A DNA stretch of 39,428 nucleotides from the NCBI RefSeq assembly GCF_001194135.2, contig NC_068983.1, positions 62,836,467-62,875,894 of the forward strand, written 5' to 3'. The DNA is from Octopus bimaculoides. Lineage: Eukaryota. This document shows, piece by piece, positions 10,820-22,396 of this stretch (position 1 is its first letter; each line of letters starts with the position of its first letter). The notes under the pieces were generated by a model. It was not told the origin of the DNA, ran no database searches, and saw only the letters and a list, made by a program, of their open reading frames with translations. Position numbers and translations under genes: made by a program.

Positions 10820-11164
10820 NNNNNNNNNNNNNNNNNNNNNNNNNNNNNNNNNNNNNNNNNNNNNNNNNNNNNNNNNNNNNNNNNNNNNNNNNNNNNNNNN
10901 NNNNNNNNNNNNNNNNNNNNNNNNNNNNNNNNNNNNNNNNNNNNNNNNNNNNNNNNNNNNNNNNNNNNNNNNNNNNNNNNNNNNNNNNNNNNNNNNNNNN
11001 NNNNNNNNNNNNNNNNNNNNNNNNNNNNNNNNNNNNNNNNNNNNNNNNNNNNNNNNNNNNNNNNNNNNNNNNNNNNNNNNNATATATATATGCTTATACA
11101 TAACAATATCTACACATGTAACTCGTACTCATACGTATATACATATGAATATATACGCATGAGT

Positions 11165-11332
11165 AAATATACATGCTTGAAAGGACGAGTAGATAGACAG
11201 ACGACAAATGATGAAGGGTCGTTCTGTACTTGTTTTGTTTTCAATATTTTTCTCCGATTGTTTGCGTATTTAACTCGTTTGTTTTCGTACTTCATGTTGT
11301 TCACAGTCGGGGACATCCTGTACCCATATATG
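11165..11332 (+). repeat. dispersed repeat family X, copy 2 (3' part)
   Basis: GAGTAGATAGACAGACGACAAATGATGAAGGG...CAGTCGGGGACATCCTGTACC matches the reverse complement of 4361-4520. Confidence 0.75.
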
Positions 11333-11345
11333 TATGCACACACAT

Positions 11346-11403
<58 letters not shown>

Positions 11404-11539
11404 TATTTATATTATTATTTAAGTGAACGCCACACATCTATTTCCAAGTAAGTCTATCTTAACCTTTTTGATGCGACTCTACTCTATACTGTTTTCTCCC
11501 CTATCCTTCTCTAATTCCGCTTTTCCCCCTTCACCGTTT

Positions 11540-11609
<70 letters not shown>

Positions 11610-11624
11610 CCTCTTTCTCCTTTT

Positions 11625-11720
11625 CGCTTTGTCGTTGCTCACACGTGACCATCATCCGTCTTTCTTTTCTTCACGTGGCCATCTTTTCCTACGTGACGTT
11701 CTAAGGACTGGACGTCTTGT
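11625..11720 (+). repeat. dispersed repeat family X, 5' part after a (CT)n tract
   Basis: GCTCACACGTGACCATCATCCGTCTTTCTTTTCTTCACGTGGCCATC matches the reverse complement of 4740-4813. Confidence 0.65.
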
Positions 11721-11849
11721 ATCCCTCTCTTCTATCTTACATACATACATGCATACATACATACATACATACATACATGCATGGATATATGAATATATGC
11801 ATGCAAAAACCTCATGTGCGTCCTGCAAAATAATGGTACACAGGACACT

Positions 11850-12290
11850 TGACACAGCCGCCTTCATCCTTTTCTTCAGCTTACTGATCAAGCAGACTTT
11901 AAAGAGAGTAAGCTTTGAACCGTACAGTGAGTGAAGGATAGTTGTGATGCCCATCGCTGTTGAGTAGTTTTTTTTCCAGGATAGAACTGCAGATTGACGT
12001 ATTGTCGTGGTGCAGATGCAAAACCCTATAAAAGTTATCTTTGTTGACTGTGTAACCAGAGGGAACCAAGTAGATGTAGATGTAGGTGACTCCCTTGCAG
12101 TCGAAGAAAGAGAACATCATGAGCTTCGCGGCGGCCTTCCTGTATCTTGCCTCTTGTACCAGATACTCGGATTCTATAAGTTAATCCATCGGTGGTCTGG
12201 CTCATTTCATAAGTTTCTTTATCGTTTTTGACCAGTTTAGCACAAAGCTTTATTGCGAGCTTCCAGACTATCTTCACGTCCCGAATGCTT
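11850..12290 (-). mobile_element. mariner transposase relic with internal deletions
   Basis: Peptides: IKLCAKLVKNDKETYEM (first HTH), KAAAKLMMFSFFDCKGV..VPSGYTVNK, LHHDN (second D of the triad), ITTILHSLYGSKL..KLKKRMK (degenerate HPPYSPDL region). Confidence 0.8.
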
Positions 12291-12519
12291 TGTGCAAACT
12301 AGTCAGCTGTGACGTGAAGTGTTTAGTAGGGTGTGTTCAAAGTGCTGTTACATCCGTCTCCTTCAGTCTAGAATAACAAATGGTAGCAGGTCAGCTTGTC
12401 AGATGTGTAGTATGATATAATAAAATCAAAATAATCTCCGACAGCTATAACTCACTTGCCTGAAAACGTCTGAAAACCTCTGGAATGCACATCTGGTACA
12501 CACACACGCACAAACACAC

Positions 12520-12618
12520 GCACACACACATACACACACATACATACATAAATACATACATACATACATACATACATACATACATACATACATACATACA
12601 TACATACATACATGCATA
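12520..12618. repeat. (CA)n/(TACA)n microsatellite
   Basis: Direct reading. Confidence 0.95.
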
Positions 12619-12699
12619 CAAGATCTGCAGCCTAGAGGTCTAAAATGAAAATATAATGACCAAAGTGGCAGCTTGCACATCAACAACAACACCAACAAA

Positions 12700-13720
12700 A
12701 TCTATGGAAGACGAAGATATGATGGCATATAAGTGTCGCATTCTATGATTTTGACAATACTCTCTGAACAGTAAAGAAAGAAACGAGTACATTACATGCG
12801 TACTCAAAAGTAATAACATTTTCAGAGAAGGAGAATTTCTAAACAAGTATCTGAGTGTGCAACTGTCTCATTTGACCCAAAGGATGTTGGACTAACTTAT
12901 ATGAATAGAGACTTTAGAATTACGCATCATACCAGTGAAAGACAATGCATGAGTACATAGTCCCAAGCTAGATTATAACAATAGCATTGACAGGAAGAGC
13001 AGCCCCTTCTGGACCGACGAAAAATACATTACATGCCACCTACAAGGATATACCGTAGATATCAGAGAACAAGAGGCAGCTATTAAATAACGGATAACAA
13101 GAAAAGCAAAGATGACATCAAACCTTCACTTTGTGAGAAAAAACGTCGGTTATATTAGTGTGGGAATAGCCACCCATATCAACATCAGCTCCCCAAAAAT
13201 GTTAATAAGATATTATCTACGTAGTTGACAAAACCATTTATAATGCTATCCGCAGAAAGGATTGTCCAGGCGGATAAAGAAAGGCATACTAGAATCAGAT
13301 GTACTTACATACACCTTTAAAAGCAAGGAATACTGAAGGAATACTCCAATAAAAAAAAAGCAATCTTGTGCCAACACAAGAGATCTGACATTGTTCTGTA
13401 GTACAGGGAATAAAAAGCATACACCGTTGTAAAGGTTAGTTGCCTTAGCAGATGTGAAAGTACCATCAAAAGTTAAGGGAAAAGAGAATGCTTATGGCGA
13501 TCTAATGCGGAACTCAGCTCTTGTACCCGGACAATAAATTTTCCTTTGAACCTATTATCATAGGTACATTAGGCTAAGCGTTTACGGATTTGCACAAAAA
13601 CCTAATAGAAATAGTTTTTTCTAAGAAAGAGCAAAACTGCTATCTTACCTGTCTGTCGCAACAGACAGAATTAGAAGTAACAGCCATAACACTCTCAAGT
13701 CGTAGAGCAACTGCTTTGAA
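12700..13720 (+). mobile_element. RLE-type (R4/NeSL-like) non-LTR retrotransposon relic, same lineage as 2334-2940
   Basis: Peptides across disruptions: AYKCRI, FWTDEKYITCHLQGY..IREQE, SSPKMLIRYYL, DVKVPSKVKGKENAYGDLMRN, QLLYPDNKFSFEPIIIGTLG. Confidence 0.7.
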
Positions 13721-15039
13721 ATATAGTGGAGAAAAGCCAGAATGTTTTTTACTCATAGGTCAACATTTAAAGGCGCTACGGTTATCAAAGTACAGTGGAA
13801 ATCACTCCATATCACTAATATTCTTGTGGATTGTGCTACAAAACGATTGCTGTTACTAAAATTAGTAGATCCACAACACGTTCAGAGAACATGTATACCT
13901 CCTGCATATGTTATCAGCCCATTATTTATATCTAAATTATGACAATACCTGTTTTAGTCTGTAAATGTAACTCTAAAAATAGTGTATAAACATTTTGTGG
14001 GAATTGACTGTTTCTACTACATAAATATTGAATTAAATAAAGGAAATTACATGCTTTAACTGCGTGCTAACTGAATATATATCAAACATATGACCACAAG
14101 ATATGGTAAATTATGTTTCTAATAATTATATCTACAATGTTCAGACTTCAATACCAAACTGTATCCTATTTATATTTTTGATTTCTTCAGTGGTTATTGA
14201 TATGGTAGAAGTAGATAGAATATATATATAATGTATTTCAATCAATCTTATCACTTGACTTTTCGTAAAATCTGATAGCTTTGAAAAGTAGAGTGGGCTC
14301 GTATATCATGAGACAGTTTCAGATTATTATTATTATTATTTTTTTTTTTTTTGATCGACCTAAATTTCGAAATGGCAATCGAAAGTTTGCAGGAATGATG
14401 GTGACTCTTAAACCAGATGAGATTTAAATAACAGAGGCTAAGATCTTCGCAGTGAGTGACATCCGCTTTAATAAATGCTAGCAGGCATTGACCATGGAAA
14501 AATGTTAGGTCACAAGCTTGGTGGAATTCGGTTGTCATTTTTTCGAAGTACGTTTAAAACAGACGTCAATTGTCGATGTTATTGTTATTGTGATTTTGTT
14601 CTTGTTAGTCACATTTTAGTCATGACAGACCAGAATTACGATCAAAGCCTTTCCAGCCACAACATTCAAATCGTTTTTCTTCCTTTTTTTCTGTATTTGG
14701 TATATATCTTATAACAACTGGGTGTGCTTTCATGGAGGTATGCTTGCTATTTATATCAGGTCCAATGACTAACGTAGACAACGTCACGTGAATCGACTTC
14801 ATGGAGCTTATTTAAGAGAAGATGGCGAAAAAACTCGTCACTTCTGCCTAACTACAGGGATTTTCAAGGAGAGTCTAGGATGTATCAAACAACAAATATA
14901 CATATATTATAAATTATGTATATGCGTAAAAAGAAGGGTCACATAGAAGAGCTAGGAAGAAGGGCAGATATATACACATGCATATACGTGCATATACGTA
15001 TATAAGTGTGTGCGCGCGTGTGTGTGTTTGTGTGTGTGA

Positions 15040-15098
15040 TGCGTAAAGGAACATGGCTCAATGGTTAAAACGTCGAGATCACGATCATGGGGTAGTGA
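15040..15098 (+). mobile_element. degraded tRNA-derived SINE head
   Basis: A-box-like TGGCTCAATGG followed by a decayed B-box-like segment (TGAATTGCATTCC). No SINE body follows. Confidence 0.4.
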
Positions 15099-15510
15099 AT
15101 TGCATTCCATATAGTTTGTGAAGCAGAGACACAGTATATTATTTGTCCTGGTTGTTTGTAGCACAATTTGCTCGATGAGAGAAGCATTAGTAAGGTGAAA
15201 CAAGGACTCCGCCTGTGCTTGCTGGTGGTATGTCATTCTTGGGAGAATCTGGCCCCCAGCCCATCCCACATTGGGGAGTTAAAGTTACATAAAAGGAATA
15301 TATTGATGTGTTGTTCCAGTTTGGTGAGAACTTCTATCTTTGCTATGCAGTTTTCAAACTTGTCTGTATGACTCCGGTAGGCAATATGTATATATGATGG
15401 TAGTTTTTCATAGTCCGAGGCATGTGGTTCTGCAATTTCATGACCGCACAAATGGAGTGAGGAAACTATTTTTTTCATTTGCTGAAAAAGCAACATTTTG
15501 GACTTACGGC
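15095..15510 (-). mobile_element. LINE apurinic-endonuclease (APE) domain relic
   Basis: IAYRS..FENCIAKIE..NIFLLCNFNSPMWD (xYRPP...GDFN pattern) and EQIVLQTTRTNNILCLCFTN (QxVxxPTRxxNILDLxFTN pattern). Confidence 0.7.
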
Positions 15511-15579
15511 ATTTTTGCATAAAACCAACGATATACATACATGCAAACATATATATAAGTATGCATGTATGTATCTACA

Positions 15580-15610
<31 letters not shown>

Positions 15611-15622
15611 NNNNNNNNNNAT

Positions 15623-15779
15623 AGGCACAGGAGCGGGTCGGTGGTATGTAGCTTGCTTACCAACCACTTGGTTCCGGGCTCAGTCTCACTGCGTGGCACC
15701 TTGGGCAAGTGTCTTCTACAATAGCCTCGGACCGACCAAAACCTTGTGATTGGATTTGGTAGGCGGAAACTGAAAGAAG
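15623..15779 (+). mobile_element. SINE family 1, 5' half (tRNA-like head plus CORE-like segment)
   Basis: B-box-like GGTTCCGGGCTCAGTC, CORE-like GGCACCTTGGGCAAGTGTCTT, ending in GGAAACTGAAAGAAG. Homologous to 19955-20108. CORE-SINEs are described in octopus (OR2), but I cannot confirm the family. Confidence 0.8.
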
Positions 15780-15896
15780 TTTGCTAGCTACTATATTTTA
15801 TTTGACACGTGAGTAGAACTCATGCCTGGAAGCCTTGTGACATACTTAGATGGTTGAAAAAAAAATCGATAACAGGGCCCTTCCGGTGGATCCTTC

Positions 15897-15936
15897 TATC
15901 TACATATTACTAATATTATCTACATATTACTAATAT
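15897..15936. repeat. 20-bp tandem duplication (TATCTACATATTACTAATAT x2)
   Basis: Direct reading. Confidence 0.9.
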
Positions 15937-16640
15937 TTTATTTAAACAACCCAAGGGAAATAGCCCATACCATCTGTAGATATTAGCGAAGCGATCAATA
16001 TTCGATTCTCACGATCAGCCGACCTGATGTTGCATTTCACTACTCACTGTTTTGAACTGCTAAACATTATTATTGCACTTCCTTAATTTGAATCTTAAAC
16101 ATTAAAGACTTCATTCATACATTTCTATATATACATACTTTTTTGAATGCCCATTATTCCGATAATTCTGCATTTTAACAGTTACCCTTTTTCCATGACA
16201 GTAAGTAAATGTTTTATTCCACAATGTATTTGTAGTGGCTTCGTGCAGGCATAGCATGGATACGATCCTCGATTGCCAAATTTCACTTAACACTTCAAAA
16301 GCGCTTTTCTCACTGTAAAACAATAGTTTTTCTGTGAATGATATCAGTTACACATTTCCCAGATGCTTTCGCTAAGCAGAACAATGTCTTTGCCTCCCAC
16401 CAACCTCTGACAACCTCGCTCACCAGCTCCGACAATCTTTCCCGCCAATCCCCGAAAACCTCTCTTGCCAACCTCCAACAATCTCTTCCTTTTTCAGCTG
16501 AGAGTTTTTTGTACCTTTTCGTGACGGAAAATACACCTTTTGTGGCAGCTATAACGAAATTGCTTCCTTATATCAGAGTAATAAGGCGTTTCAATAGAAG
16601 ATCTTTACCCTCGGGAATTACCAAGTACACCAGTTAGTAT

Positions 16641-16715
16641 ATACATATACATGTATGTTTACATACATATACATGTATGTTTACATACATATACATGTAT
16701 GTTTACATACATATA
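16641..16715. repeat. 22-bp minisatellite x3 (ATACATATACATGTATGTTTAC)
   Basis: Exact units at 16641, 16663 and 16685, plus a partial fourth. Confidence 0.9.
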
Positions 16716-16898
16716 TATCGTGATCGTACATATAGTGTTGTTGTGCAGAGAAATATGTTTTGTCTAGCATATTTTGTTTATACAACTATTTTAGTTTACA
16801 CATCTGTGTAAAATCTGAAATATTCATAGAAAACATTCATTTGCATATACACAAACTCTCAGATGAAAACACCTACGAACACACACACCTACACACAC

Positions 16899-16944
<46 letters not shown>

Positions 16945-17139
16945 GCTCGCACACACGCACGCACAGCACATACACAATCAATGCACATAGACGCACAGTC
17001 ACTTATTGGAATCACATTTTACAGTCATTAAAAAGTCAATAGACAATGAGGCATATGGACAGTGTGTCTTTATTAGGTTTGTATTATTGTATATTTCATT
17101 GACTCCGTGAGCGTAAAGTCTTATTAGTTCATGAAAATT

Positions 17140-17222
17140 TAATACCTAATTAGAATGCTACTATATACATGTATATATGTGTTTGTGTGTATATATGTGT
17201 ATGTATGTATGTATATATATAT

Positions 17223-17258
<36 letters not shown>

Positions 17259-17326
17259 CAATATGTATATATACATACATGCATATATATATACATACAT
17301 ACGTACATACATACATATATACATAA

Positions 17327-17394
<68 letters not shown>

Positions 17395-17420
17395 TTATTT
17401 ATTTATTTATTTATATTTAT
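17140..17420. repeat. long compound (TA)n/(TACA)n/(TTTA)n tract
   Basis: Direct reading. Confidence 0.95.
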
Positions 17421-17993
17421 AAACAATTTGGATTAAGACTGCAAGTTAGTATTCTTCAATTAAGCGGAATCAAAGCTTTATTGGTAATACGTCAGAGAAT
17501 CAAAAAGTGTCGGGGTTATGAGAAGGTAAATCAAATTAACCGAAAATATATGATTTATGTAAATATTGAAATATATGAGAAGACAATGCAATGCTCACTA
17601 GGAAGAAAATACAATCTGTTATATAAATTTCATCGTTCTTTTAAAACATTTATATCGTATAATACAAGTAACCTAATATCAATATTGGGATGTAGGTTCG
17701 TTTCTAGGCAGATAATTCATTTCTAGTCTTGCTTTGATAAAGTTACTTAAAAAGGATAAAAACGAGGTAAATATTCCTATGAAGGCTGTTAAGCAAAGTA
17801 AGTGAGACGTTAGGGCAAAATATGTAAGATGATGCCAATTAATTAAAGACAATGGCAACGTATGTATCACCGTCTATAGCTTCTTTAATGCTTGTATTAT
17901 ATTCAGTGAAGCTTTTTATCAAATATAACAGAAAATAAACAACAAGTTCTTAGAAAAGTGTTATTATCGACAATCCATTCTTGTGTTGGGTTG

Positions 17994-18053
17994 AATTATA
18001 AATTGTTTTATAAATTATAAATTGTTTTATAAATTATAAATTGTCTTATAAAT
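17994..18053. repeat. 19-bp minisatellite x3 (AATTATAAATTGTTTTATA)
   Basis: Units at 17994, 18013 and 18032 (one substitution in the third). Confidence 0.9.
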
Positions 18054-18119
18054 ATCTCCCTTTAGAAATAAAGAAACCTGCGCATATTTACACAAGTGTA
18101 AGACATTTTTATTTCAAAA

Positions 18120-18520
18120 TGTTATACCTTTATGTGCTGAAGTGTAGTCGGTATTAGGGCATCAGGAAAAGCGGGGAAGATTGGGGGAGATTGGGAAGAT
18201 TGAGAAGGGTGAGGTTTATTTTGAACTTCCTGGAAATTGACAGCCCCTGGAAAATGTTGGTGAAAATTGCAGAAGACATCTGTGCTGTAAAAGAAAGCAT
18301 AACTATAACAATTGGATGGGCCAGGATAAGTAAACATGATAGATATGGGTGAGGAGTGGAGATGTGTCTGTCCTGTCGTATGGAGCAGCTTTTCGATATG
18401 GAACCAAATACCAAACGGAATGCAAATTTTTCACATGAACCCATTTAATCACTGCAGTCCAAATTTCAGCTTTTGTGTGGTAATAGGGTTGTGAAATAGT
18501 TATTGATGAAAAATACAAAT
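18120..18520 (-). mobile_element. degraded retroelement coding relic, possibly Penelope-like (region between RT and GIY-YIG)
   Basis: Weak peptide resemblances (PYYHTK, IMFTYPGPSN, TNIFQGLSISRK). No catalytic motif is seen. Confidence 0.3.
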
Positions 18521-18784
18521 TGGTAGGTTGTGTGTTAGGTTGAGAACAGCCTCAGTAATATTGGCATTAGATTTTATGCATTTTCATTTATATGAAATAT
18601 CTGTCTTTACATACACATGCAACAGTTGAATAAATAAAACAGTATTCAAGTGATATCGGTTGGAATAAGTAGAAGTCTTCATTGCATAATGTGTGAAATA
18701 ATAATACGAAGACAACTCATAATTATTAATAATTATTAAGAAAAGTACAAAAAAGGAAAACACTTTATCACAAAGTTAACTGAT

Positions 18785-19070
18785 GTAACTCCGAGTAACA
18801 CCTCAGGTCATTCTGTCTCGGAGTTCAAAATCCTAGATTATCATAATACCCAACGGACCTTCTATTGAATGTTTGACCTGGTTATTTACTGGGAAGATTC
18901 CAACTTACATGTACACACATTAATCGATCTGATTGTCTGTGTCACCTTCGCGTCGATGTTAATACGTTTTATAGCAACACGTTCTTTTGCTTTCATATCT
19001 GGTTGTATCTCTAATGGAAGTATGGTTGACCATCTGCCAGAACTCAGCAAAAACCTCGCTATACTGCATT
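18785..19070 (+). mobile_element. CR1-like LINE reverse-transcriptase relic
   Basis: Decayed GVPQGSxLSP-like segment (TPQVILS), YWEDSNLH in place of YADDSTLH, then NSAKT (FNASKT-like). Confidence 0.55.
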
Positions 19071-19074
19071 GAAA

Positions 19075-19365
19075 TTATTTCGGGGAAACCACAATAACAT
19101 CAAGAACAGCAACAGAATATATTGACGTACATTTTATGCTTGAGATGAATACGACTAGCAGGTTCCAAAGATTAGATGCCGTTGTATTAACAACATGAAA
19201 AATAGAGTAAAGGAATTGCTTTTCTCTCGGAAGAGGTAGCAATGTTTTGGTGCGAGAGGTCTTACCAATCAGTCGGATCGGGGTATTTTCGGATGCACTC
19301 GCGGACTGTGATTTCAAAACCGTCTCAGATGTGAGAATATTTTCCAATGTGCACTATTCTTGAGC
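19075..19365 (-). mobile_element. CR1-like LINE post-RT relic in opposite orientation
   Basis: Peptides LE..SHI*DG (LEYCSHIWxG), IRLIGKTSRTKTLLPL (AIRLIGxxxLTxxLQPL) and YNGI*SLEPASRI (YYxGxCSxELASxI). Confidence 0.55.
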
Positions 19366-19711
19366 ATTATACAATGTTAGTAGACAATGCACATTTTATT
19401 CATACAAATATCCAACTAAAACTGAGGACACTCTACAAGTACTATAATAGTCAATACAAATGCATGGAAAACTTTTATTCGTTCGGTTACTAATTGTGGT
19501 GCTGTATTATGGCATTGCTGAAACTGAACAACACCTATAGACATCTTTGACAAAAGATTGAATTTAAAGATGTCTACTCTTCTGTTTCTCGCCTCAATAA
19601 GCCTAAAATAACTAAGGAATTTTGCTTGAACTAGTTCCATATCTGAATAATTTAACTAAATAAGATATCAGGCATGAAATATTCTTACAATCTGTAAGAT
19701 ATTACACGTTA

Positions 19712-19919
19712 TTATCGTTTATCTTTATCTGCCGCTTTGCTGGAGCATCGCCTTGAGGGATTTATAGTCGAATGAATCGATCCCAGTACACTTTTAAACC
19801 TTGTGCATATTCTATCGGTCCTTTTTTCTAATCGTTAAGTTACGGGTACGTAAACAAACCAACACACGCTATCAAGCGGTAGTGGAGAACAAACACACAT
19901 ACACACCCCAAGCATAGAT

Positions 19920-19951
<32 letters not shown>

Positions 19952-20108
19952 GTATATGACGGGCTTGTTTCAGTTTCTATCTACCAACACACAATGCTTT
20001 GATTGGCCCGTGGCTGTAGTTGAAGACTATGGTGGCACGCAGTGAAACTGAAACCGGAACCGCGTGGGCAGCAAGCAAACTTCTTACTACACAATCATGC
20101 CGGCGCCT
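19712..20108 (-). mobile_element. SINE family 1, near full length, with an internal microsatellite
   Basis: Head 20108-19955 matches 15623-15779, internal (CA)n(TA)n lies at about 19885-19955, and the 3' half 19880-19712 matches 3301-3485. Confidence 0.85.
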
Positions 20109-20367
20109 TCTTACCACACAGCCAATGGCTTATTATACCGATTCATATCATTTCATTGTTTATAAACGAGACAAGAGAAAACAGGTCCGGCCACGTGATA
20201 TTTAAACTCAGAATGTTTATTGATGAATTAAATACTGAAAGAAATATATATCCGTATTCTATTCTTTCTACTGTTTACCACCAACTTATCTCAACTATCA
20301 CAGATAAATACAGGGAAATCTAAAGAACTGAAGCATTGCATAACTGACTATTTTATAGGTTACAATA

Positions 20368-20546
20368 ATGATTTCAAATTCTGGCACAAAGCCAGCAATT
20401 TCAGGGTATGGGGAAAGATGATTACGTCAACCCCTGCACTCAACTGATACTTATTTAAAAGAAAAGTCGACCTCAGCGGAATATGAACTTAAGATGTAAA
20501 TACGAACGAAATTCCGGTGTGCAAACGATTCTGCCATCTCGCCTCC
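20368..20546 (-). mobile_element. SINE family 2 (tRNA-derived head, Meta-like central segment), internally deleted
   Basis: The reverse complement begins GGAGGCGAGATGGCAGAATCG (A-box-like), then AGTTCATATTCC (B-box-like), GAGGTCGAC...TAAGTATCAGTTG, and ends in GCCAGAATTTGAAA. The Meta-domain label is from recall. Confidence 0.7.
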
Positions 20547-22396
20547 TTATGTATAGGTTATAATATTAGAATTGTATTCTCATATGACATTTCTTAGTCT
20601 AGCATCTTATGTTTGGTAGGTCGCCTATTACGTTCAGAATGATCACAGTAGTATTGATTCTCAAACATTTTTCTTAACTTGGAATATCTCTCTCAATCTT
20701 TTCACGACTGATAAAGTTAAAACTATCTCCAAATTAGTGAAATTTCTGATAATACTAAAAAATATATAATTTGGTGGCATTAGTGCTGAGAGATTATTAC
20801 ACAGTTAATTGCCTGGGTTGTCTATCTGCAAATACATATTAAGATTTCATATGAGGCGTTCCGACAACATAAGAATATTCTACAGACAGAAAAAAGATAG
20901 ACAGAATAAAAGATTGAGGTGCACATGTCAATTATTTTGATTTTTAAACAGATGTACTGGGCAGATGATTGAAATATTTCTTTGCGAATAAGACTCGATT
21001 GAAAACACGGTTAGAGAAGTTTTTGAGTGAAAACACTTAGTGAACAGGGATTGCAGCACGAGCCGATGCAGGAACCATTACGTAGTTGATCGACTGCTAG
21101 AAATAGTAGGCAGATCATCCTCAAATCCTACTGTACCGTCTAAAAATATAGATATAGAAGGACAAACATTAGACAATGTGGTCTTAGACAACTCTCCTTG
21201 AAAATTCAAGGTGCCATCTATGGAAGGCTTTAGAGACGATATATTTACTTTCGATTGGAGTTGACCAAAGTTAAACAACAAACGCAGCAATAGTTCGTTG
21301 AGTATTTTCCATTAAGTTCTGAAAACTGTATATAACATGTATAACATGACGCCAACTTCCCCATGCACTTTTCCTTGAAAGATTTAGCTTAATGATATCT
21401 ATTCCTCCCCAATGCACACGTATTGGGAAAAAAAGAACTTGCCCAAAGTGTTGGTTCAATGATAGGTTAACTGGTTCGTTTTAGGATTTAGTATTATTAG
21501 AGTTAAGTGACATACCCAAGGACATAGAAGAGCACCCTTGATGGAACATAATCTCTCAGTTTTCTAAATCAATAGCAAATCAATGCTGCATTGATGTTGT
21601 ATCCTTACAGATTTATATGAAGGCAGAGACTGTGAGAATAGCATAATTAACTTATTTAACTTATTTCTTAATTTAGTTTTGCATCCAGTCCGTAGGGAAT
21701 TATTTTATTGTTGGTTTCCAAAGAGTCATTCACTGGTTTCCTGCGTTTTGTGTTGCTCGAATGATACGAAAGTGTCTGCATACCTCAGGCGGAATAAATA
21801 CCACAAAGTGATTTTATTCGAACGCAAGAGTTTATAGGGTTTTCTCGCCAGTATTTACATCTTTCCGTAATACACAGTGTACATCGATAAACGTTGTATG
21901 ACCTTCAGTAAGTTACCAACGCAATCTTTTTTCCCAATGATTACAACGAGGGAATTTAAAACAAAAACCCGGACGTACAAAAACGTTAAGATTTAGGCCA
22001 AAGTAAAAACTTATTTTGTCGTGAATGCAATAAAAATAGAGATCCACAAAACAACAAGCATGTTTTAAACAAAATAAAAACTTTCAAAAGCACTACACGA
22101 CTTAGAATAAAACAACATAAAAGTATGTAAGAGTGAGAAACGTAATGTGTCTGTAATCAACGATAGAGAAGAAAATAATACAAAAATTAATAATATACTC
22201 AGTGACAATAAATTCACAAACATCGAAAAAAAGATGATACCAACCAGCTAAATGTAAAGTTAAAGAACTTACAACAATAACTGCTCAAACAGAATCAAAA
22301 GCGTCCTCTTACTTTCGAAGCATTCAAGGAAAAATTCTCTCCAGCATATACATACATACATACGTACATACATACATTCATACATACACACACGTG

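Noticed and set aside
14780-14830. CACGTG E-box and AAGATGGCG (YY1-like) motif
   Set aside because: These are isolated short motifs with no promoter context or downstream ORF.
16338-16637. 99-aa Ser/Pro/Leu-rich ORF
   Set aside because: It is explained by C-rich low-complexity composition, with no recognisable domain or splice context.
15897-18053. Short tandem arrays as possible CRISPR repeats
   Set aside because: There are no unique spacers and no cas genes, and the context is eukaryotic.
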